In this document: in pieces, positions 18,551-27,912 of the stretch
Layout: every line of letters begins with the position of its first letter
How positions within the stretch are numbered: the first letter of the stretch is position 1
Source: Spirochaetota bacterium
GTDB lineage: Bacteria > Spirochaetota > UBA4802 > UBA5550
Direction: 5' to 3'
DNA: 64,000 nucleotides
Assembly (NCBI GenBank): GCA_050298055.1
Contig: JBNKTL010000011.1
Span: forward strand, 1 to 64,000
The notes under the pieces: model-generated
Database searches by the model: none
What the model was told of the DNA's origin: nothing
Seen by the model: only the letters and a program-made list of their open reading frames with translations
Program-made: the position numbers and the translations under genes

Positions 18551-20107
18551 CTATTTAGTCAATATACACTTTCTCTTTGAAATGATGACCGAAGGTTCCC
18601 TGGCCGCCACTTCTTCCTTTACAATCCTCTCGAATTCATCCATCTCCTTCGGGTCCGTAACAACAACCCTTTTCACTCCGCAGGCCCGTGAAATCATCTC
18701 CAGGTCCAGTTCGTGGGTCGTCTCTCCCATGAGGGTTTTTCCCGTTGCGGGATGGTCCTGGTGGCCGGTCATTGCGGTCACCCTGTTGTCAAGGATAAGG
18801 ACGGTCCCTGTCCCTTTATTGTAGACAAGGTCTATGAGGGGAGTGATCCCGGAATGGACAAAAGTTGAGTCGCCGATTACGGCAACACTCTTCCGCGCCA
18901 TCTCATCACCATGGGCCTTTTCGAAGCCTGTATGCATCCCTATACTGGCGCCCATGCATCCCTGTGAATGCATGGATGAATAGGGGGGAAGGACTCCCAG
19001 TGTATAGCATCCGATATCGCCGTTAACCGTAAGGTCCAGTTTTTTGAGGACCCTGAAGACAAAGCCGTGAGGGCACCCCTTGCAGAGTGCCGGGGGACGG
19101 GGCGGTATTTCAGTTGTGTATTCCGATACTCTGTCCGGGATGGGCCTGCCATTCAGAGAATGATCCACAATTTCAGGGGTAAGTTCGCCCAGCATGGGAA
19201 TAATCTCCTTCCCGGTTATCTTTATCCCCAGTGACTTCACATAGTCCTCTATAAAGGGGTCCAGTTCTTCTACAATGTAGAGTTCCTCCACGCCTTCTGC
19301 GAACTCCCTGATGAGATCATCGGGCAGGGGCCAGACCATCCCGATCTTTAAAACGGAATCCTCCGGGCATGTTTCCCTGACATACTGGTAAGCAATTCCG
19401 TTTGCGATTATTCCTCTTTTCTTCTTCCCCCATTCGATCCTGTTCAGTCCCGAGGTGTTGGAATACTCTTTCAGTTTTATGAGCTGTTCCTCGATGATCT
19501 TATGCCGCACACGTGCGTGGGCGGGTATCATGACATATTTTTTCGGGTCCCTGACAAACTCCCTGACCGGGACCTCCTCTCTTTCATTGAGCTCAACGAT
19601 CTCCTGTGAATGGGCAATCCTGGTTGTTATTCTCACAATGACAGGCCTGTCAAATTCTTCGGAGATATTAAATGCCAGTTTTGTAAATTCCTTTGCCTCG
19701 GCGGGACCGGAAGGCTCGATCATGGGGACTTTGGATGCCCGTGCCAGGTGCCTGTTGTCCTGCTCGTTTTGAGAACTCCACGCTCCGGGATCATCGGCAT
19801 TGATGATCACGAAACCTCCGTTAACTCCCGTGTAAGAAAAGGTAAAGAGAGGGTCCGCGGCCACATTTAAACCCACATGCTTCATGGCGGCGAGGACCCG
19901 TGCGCCGGCTATTGAAGCCCCCGCGGCAACTTCAAATGCCACTTTTTCGTTTGGGGACCACTGGGATTTTATCTCCCTGTAATGTGCGGCAACAGCCTCA
20001 AGTATTTCCGTACTGGGTGTTCCGGGATAGGCGGTAGCAACATGACAGCCGGCTTCATATGCGCCCCTGGCAATGGCCTCGTTGCCAAGTAAAATCTTTT
20101 TCTGCAT
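18551..20107 (-). CDS. iorA: Indolepyruvate ferredoxin oxidoreductase alpha subunit
   Basis: LLGNEAIARG, YPGTPSTE, MKHVGLNVAAD, RPPALCKGCPH, GDIGCY and GDSTF motifs. Lacks the C-terminal ferredoxin domain (518 aa). Confidence 0.95.
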   Translation of the reverse strand: MQKKILLGNEAIARGAYEAGCHVATAYPGTPSTEILEAVAAHYREIKSQWSPNEKVAFEVAAGASIAGARVLAAMKHVGLNVAADPLFTFSYTGVNGGFVIINADDPGAWSSQNEQDNRHLARASKVPMIEPSGPAEAKEFTKLAFNISEEFDRPVIVRITTRIAHSQEIVELNEREEVPVREFVRDPKKYVMIPAHARVRHKIIEEQLIKLKEYSNTSGLNRIEWGKKKRGIIANGIAYQYVRETCPEDSVLKIGMVWPLPDDLIREFAEGVEELYIVEELDPFIEDYVKSLGIKITGKEIIPMLGELTPEIVDHSLNGRPIPDRVSEYTTEIPPRPPALCKGCPHGFVFRVLKKLDLTVNGDIGCYTLGVLPPYSSMHSQGCMGASIGMHTGFEKAHGDEMARKSVAVIGDSTFVHSGITPLIDLVYNKGTGTVLILDNRVTAMTGHQDHPATGKTLMGETTHELDLEMISRACGVKRVVVTDPKEMDEFERIVKEEVAAREPSVIISKRKCILTK

Positions 20108-20110
20108 TAA

Positions 20111-20542
20111 CTATTCTCCGATTATATCAATCTTACGTACAATATTAAACCCCGATTCTTTCAGGGTTTCCTTGGCAGTTTCAATATCATCGAACCTGAA
20201 TATCATGACTGCCATTCCGTTTCTCTTTTCAGTAAAGGCATACATATATTCAATATTCAGCTCCTTTTTCCTGAATGTATCAACCGCATTGAGGAGCGAT
20301 CCCGGCTTATCGTCAATCTCGATTGCCAGGACATCGGTTGTTGAACATGTTATATGGTTTTTTTTAAGGGTTTCCGCGGCTTTTTCCGCGTCACCCACGA
20401 TCATTCTCAGTATCCCGAAGTCTGATGTTTCCGCTATGGTCAGGGTAATGATGTTGATGTTTTCATCAGCCAGAATTTTCAGAACATTCTGAAGATGACC
20501 CGGTTTGTTTTCCATAAAAACTGAGAGTTGTGTAACGTTCAT
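20111..20542 (-). CDS. Tandem ACT-domain protein
   Basis: QLSVFMENKPG...FGILR and NIEYMYAF; usual neighbour of paaK/iorAB. Confidence 0.92.
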   Translation of the reverse strand: MNVTQLSVFMENKPGHLQNVLKILADENINIITLTIAETSDFGILRMIVGDAEKAAETLKKNHITCSTTDVLAIEIDDKPGSLLNAVDTFRKKELNIEYMYAFTEKRNGMAVMIFRFDDIETAKETLKESGFNIVRKIDIIGE

Positions 20543-20562
20543 CTTTTATCTCCTTAATATTC

Positions 20563-21867
20563 TTATTGAATTTTTCTCTTATCCACAACGCGGACTGCCT
20601 TGCCTTCGCTTCTCGGTATCGTAAGCGGTTCTACAAGTGTTATCCTGGCCGAGATTCCCAGGGAGCTCCTGAACCGGGCAGTGATGTTTTCCTTCAGGCT
20701 GTCCAGGACCTTCAGTTCATCGGAGAAGAGCTTCTCGTTCACCTCCACCATGACTTCGATATCGTCAAGGGCTGTCTTCCTGTCCACAATGATCTGGTAG
20801 TGGGGTTCTGTTCCCTCAACTTCCATAAGGACAGACTCAATCTGTGAGGGGAATACGTTAACGCCCCTGATGATCAGCATGTCGTCAGAGCGGCCGGTTA
20901 CCTTCTCCATTTTGACCAGTGTTCTGCCGCACTTGCAGCCGTCGTGATAGAGCCTTGTGATGTCCCGGGACCTGTACCGGATGCCTGGGAAAGCCTCTTT
21001 GGTGAGAGATGTATATACGATTTCGCCCTGTTCTCCCTCGGGAAGGATCTCACCGGTATCGGGATCGATTATTTCAACATAGAAGTGGTCTTCAAAAACG
21101 TGGAGACCCGATTTTTCACTGCACTCTGCTGATACCCCGGGGCCGATGACCTCGCTGAGGCCGTAGATATCATATGCGTCAATACCGAGCCTCTCCTCGA
21201 TTTCATCTCTCATGGCATCTGTCCAGGGTTCTGCTCCGAGGATTGCCGTCTTCATCTTTGTGGATTTCATCTGGAAATCGGGCTTCTTCTTTTCAAGATA
21301 ATCCGCGATGTTCAGCGCATAGGAGGGCGTACAGGCAAGCATTGTGGACCCGAGGTCTTTCATGAGCATAAGCTGCCTCTCCGTGTTTCCCCCCGATATG
21401 GGTACTGTCAGGCAGCCCATTTTTTCCGAACCGTAGTGGAGGCCCAGGCCGCCGGTAAACAGGCCGTAGCCATATGCTACCTGGATGATGTCTTTCTCTG
21501 TTGCTCCGTAACATCCGAGACACCGGGCAACAACCTCGGAGAATACCTCGATGTCATTTTTTGTATAGCCAACAACGGTTGCATTTCCGGTGGTACCCGA
21601 TGAAGAGTGGATTCTGACAACCTTATCCAGGGGTACCGCAAAGAGCCCGTAGGGATAGTGGTCTCTCATGTCCTGCTTTTCCAGGAATGGGACTCTTTTC
21701 ATATCATCGAGACTCTTAAACTTGTCCGGATGAAATCCCGCCTTCTCGAAGCTCTCTTTATAAAATTTCACATTGTCGTAGGCATGTCTTATGGACCATT
21801 TCAACCTCTCGAGCTGAAGTTCCTTCATCTTTTTTTCAGGCATTGCTTCAAATTCTCTGTTAAACAT
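20563..21867 (-). CDS. paaK: Phenylacetate--CoA ligase
   Basis: HSSSGTTG, YGYGLFTGGLG, DIYGLSE and GRSDDMLIIRGVNVFPSQIE motifs. Confidence 0.95.
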   Translation of the reverse strand: MFNREFEAMPEKKMKELQLERLKWSIRHAYDNVKFYKESFEKAGFHPDKFKSLDDMKRVPFLEKQDMRDHYPYGLFAVPLDKVVRIHSSSGTTGNATVVGYTKNDIEVFSEVVARCLGCYGATEKDIIQVAYGYGLFTGGLGLHYGSEKMGCLTVPISGGNTERQLMLMKDLGSTMLACTPSYALNIADYLEKKKPDFQMKSTKMKTAILGAEPWTDAMRDEIEERLGIDAYDIYGLSEVIGPGVSAECSEKSGLHVFEDHFYVEIIDPDTGEILPEGEQGEIVYTSLTKEAFPGIRYRSRDITRLYHDGCKCGRTLVKMEKVTGRSDDMLIIRGVNVFPSQIESVLMEVEGTEPHYQIIVDRKTALDDIEVMVEVNEKLFSDELKVLDSLKENITARFRSSLGISARITLVEPLTIPRSEGKAVRVVDKRKIQ

Positions 21868-22041
21868 ACGGATTACCTCTCTGGAGAAAATATGCTGTTG
21901 AGGGACATCTCTGCTGGAATTATCCCGGAATTTTGCTGATTACCTTTACAGAATCATAAACAAGCTTTATAAATACAATGACTTTTTTCAAGTAAATAAT
22001 TATTAACATTTGAGGCGCCGTTGTTTAATTATAAATTATTG

Positions 22042-22174
22042 GGTGCTACTTAGTTATATATGAATAATCATATTCATAAAAGTATATCATTGATATGTTC
22101 CCGCCGCCGACCTCGACGGGAAGATATTGTTGAGTAAATTCATTTATTTTCAGCCGTACAGCTGAGTTATTTAT
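22042..22174 (-). mobile_element. MITE-like element, copy C (degenerate, reverse orientation)
   Basis: GCTACTTAGT end, core ATATGTTCCCGCCGCCGACCTCGACGGGAAGATAT (22093-22127) and AGCTGAGTTATTTAT end. Confidence 0.68.
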
Positions 22175-22294
22175 ATAATTTTTGGATGAACGGTAACTTT
22201 TAATAATGAGTAACAGGTAAGATAAGGAAGTATGATGAGATATGAAGAATTGAAGGTATTAAAACCTGACTTGAACACTGTACGAAAAATATCT

Positions 22295-22329
22295 GGTATC
22301 CCTACCGCCAGTGGCGGCAGGGATATACC
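22295..22329. repeat. Core-only hairpin related to the MITE centre; likely terminator of the 22335 gene
   Basis: GGTATCCCTACCGCC-AGT-GGCGGCAGGGATATACC, 5 bp past the stop codon. Confidence 0.6.
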
Positions 22330-22334
22330 CGTAT

Positions 22335-23138
22335 TTATATCATTATACCGAGTCCAAAATAAATATCAGCACCGGTAAAACCGGCCTCTACTTTTGAACC
22401 GTCTTCCTGGTTAAGAGTATAACTGCCATCTTTAAATTCGCTAATTTCCATAAACCGGGCTCTAATACCAATAAAACCATTAAGTGTTCGCAAAAAGGAC
22501 GTATTATATTCAATGAGCGCATGATAGCCAATAGCACTTCCTTCATATTCATCAGTTGCTTTTCCACCGCTATCCAAATCTGTTGTTATTGTAATTTTAG
22601 AAGGATAATAACCAACTCCCGCGCCAAAAAGTAAAAATGAATAATCACCGGGATTATTATAACTTAATGTTGTTTTATAGTATGCCGTAAAAATTACCGG
22701 TACGGAGGTGAGCTCGCTTTTTATGGAAAGTTCATCTGCCCAATAGCCTGAGTCTGCTTTTAATTCCGATTCAGTCGAGAAGTATCCTATTCCAACTCCG
22801 AAACCAAAAGATGAAGACAAGGCGCGAATCTCTGCGTATAAATCATACATGGAATCCGCTTTTTCGTTACTGCCGCTAAAATCTCCTGTATAACCTTCAG
22901 AAATGAGATAAGCATTTAAGTTGTCAACAACATAGTTGCCGTAAGACTCGTTAAAATCAGAAAGTCCTGAATTATTCGCATAACCCACACCAAGCCCCAC
23001 AATTATATTAATTTTTAAACCTGTGTCTTGATTCATAGAATCATTGGGTTCTGTTGACAGTTCCTGGGCGGACAATGCGGAATTAAAACCCGCAATTAAT
23101 GCAAACAGAAATACCATTCTTGAAATTATTTTACTCAT
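22335..23138 (-). CDS. Outer-membrane beta-barrel protein
   Basis: Signal peptide (ALSA-Q), GxGxGY strands and C-terminal IYFGLGIMI. Confidence 0.7.
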   Translation of the reverse strand: MSKIISRMVFLFALIAGFNSALSAQELSTEPNDSMNQDTGLKINIIVGLGVGYANNSGLSDFNESYGNYVVDNLNAYLISEGYTGDFSGSNEKADSMYDLYAEIRALSSSFGFGVGIGYFSTESELKADSGYWADELSIKSELTSVPVIFTAYYKTTLSYNNPGDYSFLLFGAGVGYYPSKITITTDLDSGGKATDEYEGSAIGYHALIEYNTSFLRTLNGFIGIRARFMEISEFKDGSYTLNQEDGSKVEAGFTGADIYFGLGIMI

Positions 23139-23590
23139 AGTATAAAATACTCCTTTTTTAAAAAGATTATAACTTTTCAGCTATGAATAAGAAAAATAAT
23201 TTCCATTGATGATGGATATTTCTCACTCTCTAGCCAAACAGTAATAATGTATTTTGTTATCGGGAAAATTCTCTTTAAAGCAGGATTTCCATGGATTTTA
23301 CAAAGCTTGTTCTTCGAAACAATATACTTCTGAATATTGAGAGTAAATTACTGAAGCTTCCCAGAACAGGAAATCCTTTGTAAATAACCGGAATTTATCC
23401 CTCCAAGAGAAAAACAACCAGACACACATACACTTAAAATTAAAGTAAATATGTATTTTCAAATGTCAACAAAAACTCATTAACGATATCTAAAAAAATA
23501 TTTTTTTTTAATTAAAAATTGGATATAGCTCCTTAAATTATTATTATTTTTATACGGAGTAAAGAACGAAAAAAATGCGTTATTAATGCA

Positions 23591-23619
23591 TTGACATTAA
23601 AAATTTTTTGGTGTAAAAT
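23591..23619 (+). promoter_or_regulatory. Sigma70-type promoter of the che operon
   Basis: TTGACA (23591-96), 17-bp spacer, TAAAAT (23614-19). Confidence 0.75.
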
Positions 23620-23738
23620 TCAGTTCTGGGTGGTTTTCTCCAGGCAGTTTAACAGGCTCATCATTCCCGTTAAATGATTCGCTGCCGGAGTAGAGAGAAA
23701 CTGCCATTGTGATTTTAATTTTTTAAAGGGGATGTAAT

Positions 23739-24275
23739 ATGGATGATGGAAAATCAGCTGATATTGCAAAGCAGTTTCTTACCTTTAAAGTTGGCAGTGA
23801 ACTTTATGGTATAGAAGTGGATAATGTTCGTGAAGTTATTGAGCTCAGTGATATCACACTGGTCCCGAGAACTCCGGATTATATCAGTGGTATAATTAAT
23901 CTCAGGGGGGAAGTCGTGCCTATCGTAAATCTCCCGGTTCTTTTCTATAATCAATTCAGTGAAGTTACGAAATTTACCTGCATTGTCATTCTCGAAGTAA
24001 GTGATGAGAATGAAAAGTATCTTATGGGGATACTGATTGATGCGGTAAGCGCTGTTGTAGATCTTAAAGATGAAAATATAGAAGAAACCCCCGATTTTGG
24101 GATAAAGATAAGGGCGGATTATACATCGGGAGTGGGAAAACTGGGTGAAAAGTTCATTATCCTCCTTAACATTGATTCTATTCTTGATATTGATGATCTG
24201 GCAGACTTTACAAGGGCAAGGGCCAGGTCTTATTCGACACCGGTTTCTTCAGGCACTGAAGAAGATAAGGTATAA
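23739..24275 (+). CDS. cheW: Chemotaxis protein CheW
   Basis: QFLTF..YGIEV..VREVI, GIINLRGEVVP and GILIDAV motifs. Confidence 0.95.
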   Translation: MDDGKSADIAKQFLTFKVGSELYGIEVDNVREVIELSDITLVPRTPDYISGIINLRGEVVPIVNLPVLFYNQFSEVTKFTCIVILEVSDENEKYLMGILIDAVSAVVDLKDENIEETPDFGIKIRADYTSGVGKLGEKFIILLNIDSILDIDDLADFTRARARSYSTPVSSGTEEDKV

Positions 24276-24303
24276 ATATTATATTTAATAACGGAGTAAT
24301 ATT

Positions 24304-24795
24304 ATGAGTGCCAGTGAAAGTCCGCAGGGAATTGAAGTATTGAGTGATACCCAGCAGTATGTTTCGTTTAGCATAGGAGAGGAGATATTTGGCATTGAAG
24401 TGATGAAAGCTCAGGAGGTACTTGGTAAGGTAGAACTGACCAGTGTTCCGAAAACAATGCCATATATGAAAGGTGTTATAGATTTAAGGGACACGATTGT
24501 TCCCATTATTGACCTCAGGGCCAAATTCGGAATTGATGAAAAGGAGTATGACAAGGATACAGTAACACTTATTACTGAGATCAGGGGCTTCCTTATCGGC
24601 CTGATTGTGGATTCCGTATCGGATGTTGTTACCCTTTCATTCGAAGAAATACAGGATACGCCTCACTTCAGCAGTGAGATTGATACTGACGCGGTTAAGG
24701 GAATAGGGAAGCACAATGAGAGAATCATCATCATCATTGATGTTGACAGGATTTTCAGCCAGGAAGAACTAAAACTTCTTGTGGATAGTGATTAA
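24304..24795 (+). CDS. cheW: Chemotaxis protein CheW (second copy)
   Basis: GVIDLRDTIVPIIDL and GLIVDSVSDV motifs. Confidence 0.93.
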   Translation: MSASESPQGIEVLSDTQQYVSFSIGEEIFGIEVMKAQEVLGKVELTSVPKTMPYMKGVIDLRDTIVPIIDLRAKFGIDEKEYDKDTVTLITEIRGFLIGLIVDSVSDVVTLSFEEIQDTPHFSSEIDTDAVKGIGKHNERIIIIIDVDRIFSQEELKLLVDSD

Positions 24796-24851
24796 TAGTT
24801 ACAATATGGGATGCCAGAATTGAAATCAGACAATGCCAAGGAGAGTGAGTA

Positions 24852-25226
24852 ATGGGAAAGAAAATTATGATCGTTGATGATGCCACGGCAATACGCCAGG
24901 TAGTGGAGCTGACTCTTAAAGAATCCGGATATGACACACTGCAGGCAGCAGACGGCAGTGATGCGCTTTCAAAACTTGACGGGAGCAATGTTGATCTTAT
25001 TATCTGTGATGTGAACATGCCTAACCTGAACGGAATCGGATTTCTCGAAGCCATAAAGAATGATGACAGGTATTCATCATACAAGTTTACGCCGATAATC
25101 ATGCTGACAACTGAAGCAGGTGAAGATATGAAAACAAAAGGTAAGGAACTGGGTGCAAAGGCATGGCTTGTTAAGCCTTTTAAACCGGACCAGCTGCTTT
25201 CCTCTGTGGAAAAGCTGCTGTCGTGA
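24852..25226 (+). CDS. cheY: Chemotaxis response regulator CheY
   Basis: Single receiver domain (IVDD, CDVNMP, LTTE, KPF). Confidence 0.93.
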   Translation: MGKKIMIVDDATAIRQVVELTLKESGYDTLQAADGSDALSKLDGSNVDLIICDVNMPNLNGIGFLEAIKNDDRYSSYKFTPIIMLTTEAGEDMKTKGKELGAKAWLVKPFKPDQLLSSVEKLLS

Positions 25227-25260
25227 GAGATCAATTTTTTGAGATAAAAAGGAGAAAAAG

Positions 25261-25581
25261 ATGAGTACAGGAGAAACTGTGGAAGGCAAAAACCTGAAGA
25301 TAAAAATAAGTGAAAAGAGCCAGGGGAATATAAGTGTAAATTTTGACGGTGAAATGACTATCTACTCGGTTGGTAAAATCAAGAATGTTATACTTGATAA
25401 AATTGCTGACGCGGAGAGTCTTGAAGCAGATTTGTCCGGAGTATCACGCATTGACACCTCGGTATTCCAGCTTTTCCTTAAGGCAAAAATTGAAGCTGAA
25501 GAAGAGAACAAGTCTTTTAAAATTGTGAATCCCTCCCGGGAAACCAGGAGAATCTTCGATCTTTATGGAGAACCCATATAA
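25261..25581 (+). CDS. STAS domain protein
   Basis: GEMTIYSV and DLSGVSRIDTS motifs; lies between cheY and cheA. Confidence 0.88.
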   Translation: MSTGETVEGKNLKIKISEKSQGNISVNFDGEMTIYSVGKIKNVILDKIADAESLEADLSGVSRIDTSVFQLFLKAKIEAEEENKSFKIVNPSRETRRIFDLYGEPI

Positions 25582-25595
25582 AGAGGAGGCAGAGC

Positions 25596-27737
25596 ATGAG
25601 TTCAGGAGAACGTTTTAGCAACCAGAGTGCAATAAATACATTTTTTATAGAGAGCAGGGAGATCCTCGAAAATATGGAGTCTGATTTCCTCCAGGTTGAG
25701 AAAGGTGAGCAGGATGAAGAGCTTCTCAACTCAATTTTCAGGGGGGCCCATACCATCAAGGGTTCTGCGGGGATGTTCGGGTTTGAAGATATTGAGAGTT
25801 TTACTCACATAATAGAAAATCTCCTTGATGATGTGAGGAAGGGACAGATCAGCATTGATTCCGAAATGGTATCACTGCTTCTTGAGTGTAATGACTTCAT
25901 CTCGGACATGCTTGATTTCTTTGAAAACCAGGAAAATGAGTCCCTTGACACGGTACTCACAGAGAAGAGCCATAAGCTCCTGGAAAGGCTTAACAGGTAC
26001 TTCCCTTCAAAGGAGGAGGATAGTAAGAGGGTCATAAACCAGTGCTGGCACGTATCCCTCCGATTCGGCAGGGACGTGTACAGGAACGGTCTTGATCCCC
26101 AGTCCTTTATCAGCTATCTGAATAAAATCGGTAAAATAATCAATATTATTACTGTTAAAGACAGGATCCCATCATTAAAAAATTATAATCCATCGGATTG
26201 TTATCTCGGATTTGAGATTGATGTAAAGGCAAATGTAAAGAAGGAAGAACTTGAGAATGTGTTCGATTTTGTCATGGATGATTGTGAAATCAGGATACTT
26301 CCTCCCAAGAGTAACATTATCGAATATGTGAAGCTGATCCAGGAACTTCCCGAGGAGCCGGCCAGGATCGGTGATATCCTGAAAAAGGTGGGGAGCCTCA
26401 CGGAATCCGAGCTTAACCATGCCCTTGATCTCCAGGTAGATGAAGCTGTGGTTGAAGAGGGTGAAATCGTGAAGCCCATAGGTGAGATACTTGTAGACAC
26501 ACAGATTGTTCAGAAACCGATAATTGATGCTGCGATTGAGAAGCAGGAGAGTATTAAGAGGATCAATGAGAAGAAAAAGAAGACAATCAGGGTCGATGCG
26601 GAAAAACTTGACAACCTGATAAACCTTGTGGGTGAGCTTGTCATAACAAGCGCCAATGTTACTCAGCTCTCATTGAAGACCAGCAGTTCGGAACTGATCG
26701 AATCTGTTTCCGAAATGTCACGGCTCATTGAGGACATACGGGACAGCACCATGAATGTCAGAATGGTACAGATAGGCGAGACTTTCAGGAAGTATGAAAG
26801 AATCGTAAGAGACCTCTGCCGGGAGAGAAACAAAGATGTTGAATTTGTTATAAGCGGCGGCGATACCGAGCTTGATAAAACTCTTATTGAAAAGATATCA
26901 GACCCTCTTACTCACCTTGTAAGAAATGCCATTGATCACGGGATAAGTTCTTCTGAAGAGCGGGTAGCACTGGGTAAATCTGCAAAGGGAACGATTAAGT
27001 TGAACGCGTACCATGAAACCGGGTCTATTGTTATTGAGGTGATAGATGACGGAAACGGTCTTGACAGTGAGAAAATATATAACAAGGCGGTTTCCAAAGG
27101 GGTTATCCAGCAGGGGCAGACACTATCGGATAATGAGCTCTTTCAGCTTGTATTTGAACCCGGTTTTTCCACTGCTGAAAAAGTGACCAATATCTCCGGC
27201 CGCGGTGTGGGTATGGATGTGGTCAAGAGAAACATTGAGTCACTCAGGGGGACGGTTATTCTCAAGAGCGAGAAGGGTGTGGGGACCACAGTGAGGATAC
27301 ACCTGCCGCTTACGCTGGCCATAATTGACGGTTTCCTGGTGCAGATAGGCAGCTTCTCCTATGTTCTGCCTCTTGATATGGTGGTTGAATGTACCGAGAT
27401 ATCCAAAGATGATCTGAAAGAAAAGGACGGGGGGAATTTCATCAATATGAGGGGTGAAGTCCTTCCTTTCATGAGAATGAGAGAATATTTTGATGAAAAA
27501 AGTGAAGACCCTCCCAGAGAGAACATTATTGTTGTGGAGTATGCTCAGAAGAAAGCAGGGTTCGTAGTGGATAAACCTCATGGAGAATTTCAGACCGTTG
27601 TAAAACCGATGAGTAAGATCTTTAAAAACCTGAAATGGATCAGCGGTTCAACAATACTGGGTAACGGACAGGTTGCACTGATTCTTGATGTCCCACGGCT
27701 TGTCCAGGACCTTCAGATGGCTGGGAAGGAGAGCTGA
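25596..27737 (+). CDS. cheA: Chemotaxis histidine kinase CheA
   Basis: Hpt IFRGAHTIKG, DPLTHLVRNAIDHG, DDGNG, SGRGVGMDVV and a C-terminal CheW domain. Confidence 0.97.
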   Translation: MSSGERFSNQSAINTFFIESREILENMESDFLQVEKGEQDEELLNSIFRGAHTIKGSAGMFGFEDIESFTHIIENLLDDVRKGQISIDSEMVSLLLECNDFISDMLDFFENQENESLDTVLTEKSHKLLERLNRYFPSKEEDSKRVINQCWHVSLRFGRDVYRNGLDPQSFISYLNKIGKIINIITVKDRIPSLKNYNPSDCYLGFEIDVKANVKKEELENVFDFVMDDCEIRILPPKSNIIEYVKLIQELPEEPARIGDILKKVGSLTESELNHALDLQVDEAVVEEGEIVKPIGEILVDTQIVQKPIIDAAIEKQESIKRINEKKKKTIRVDAEKLDNLINLVGELVITSANVTQLSLKTSSSELIESVSEMSRLIEDIRDSTMNVRMVQIGETFRKYERIVRDLCRERNKDVEFVISGGDTELDKTLIEKISDPLTHLVRNAIDHGISSSEERVALGKSAKGTIKLNAYHETGSIVIEVIDDGNGLDSEKIYNKAVSKGVIQQGQTLSDNELFQLVFEPGFSTAEKVTNISGRGVGMDVVKRNIESLRGTVILKSEKGVGTTVRIHLPLTLAIIDGFLVQIGSFSYVLPLDMVVECTEISKDDLKEKDGGNFINMRGEVLPFMRMREYFDEKSEDPPRENIIVVEYAQKKAGFVVDKPHGEFQTVVKPMSKIFKNLKWISGSTILGNGQVALILDVPRLVQDLQMAGKES

Positions 27738-27765
27738 GTCGTTACTCTTACTGAAGATTAATTAT

Positions 27766-27904
27766 ATAACGACTCAGTTAGATGGCAAAAATAAGTTTAT
27801 TTACTAAAATATCGACAATTGGTCTCCGCTGTTCTGGGCGGCGGAGACATATCAGTTATTTTATTATTGAATAAGATTATTCTTAAATAGAGCTGAGTAG
27901 TTAC
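27766..27904 (+). mobile_element. MITE-like element, copy D (cheA-cheB spacer)
   Basis: ATAACGACTCAGT ... AGCTGAGTAGTTAC ends; core GTCTCCGCTGTT-CTG-GGCGGCGGAGAC. Confidence 0.8.
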
Positions 27905-27912
27905 AATTAATT

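Noticed and set aside
21868..21960. c-di-GMP or other riboswitch in the paaK leader
   Set aside because: It contains GCAAA and a repeated AGGTAATC, but no GNRA-capped P2 or matching P1/P3 could be built by eye.
23280..23385. Structured RNA upstream of the 22335 beta-barrel gene
   Set aside because: The inverted pairs AGGATTTCC/GGAAATCCT and TTTACAAAG/CTTTGTAAA overlap and are not nested; too weak to call in AT-rich DNA.
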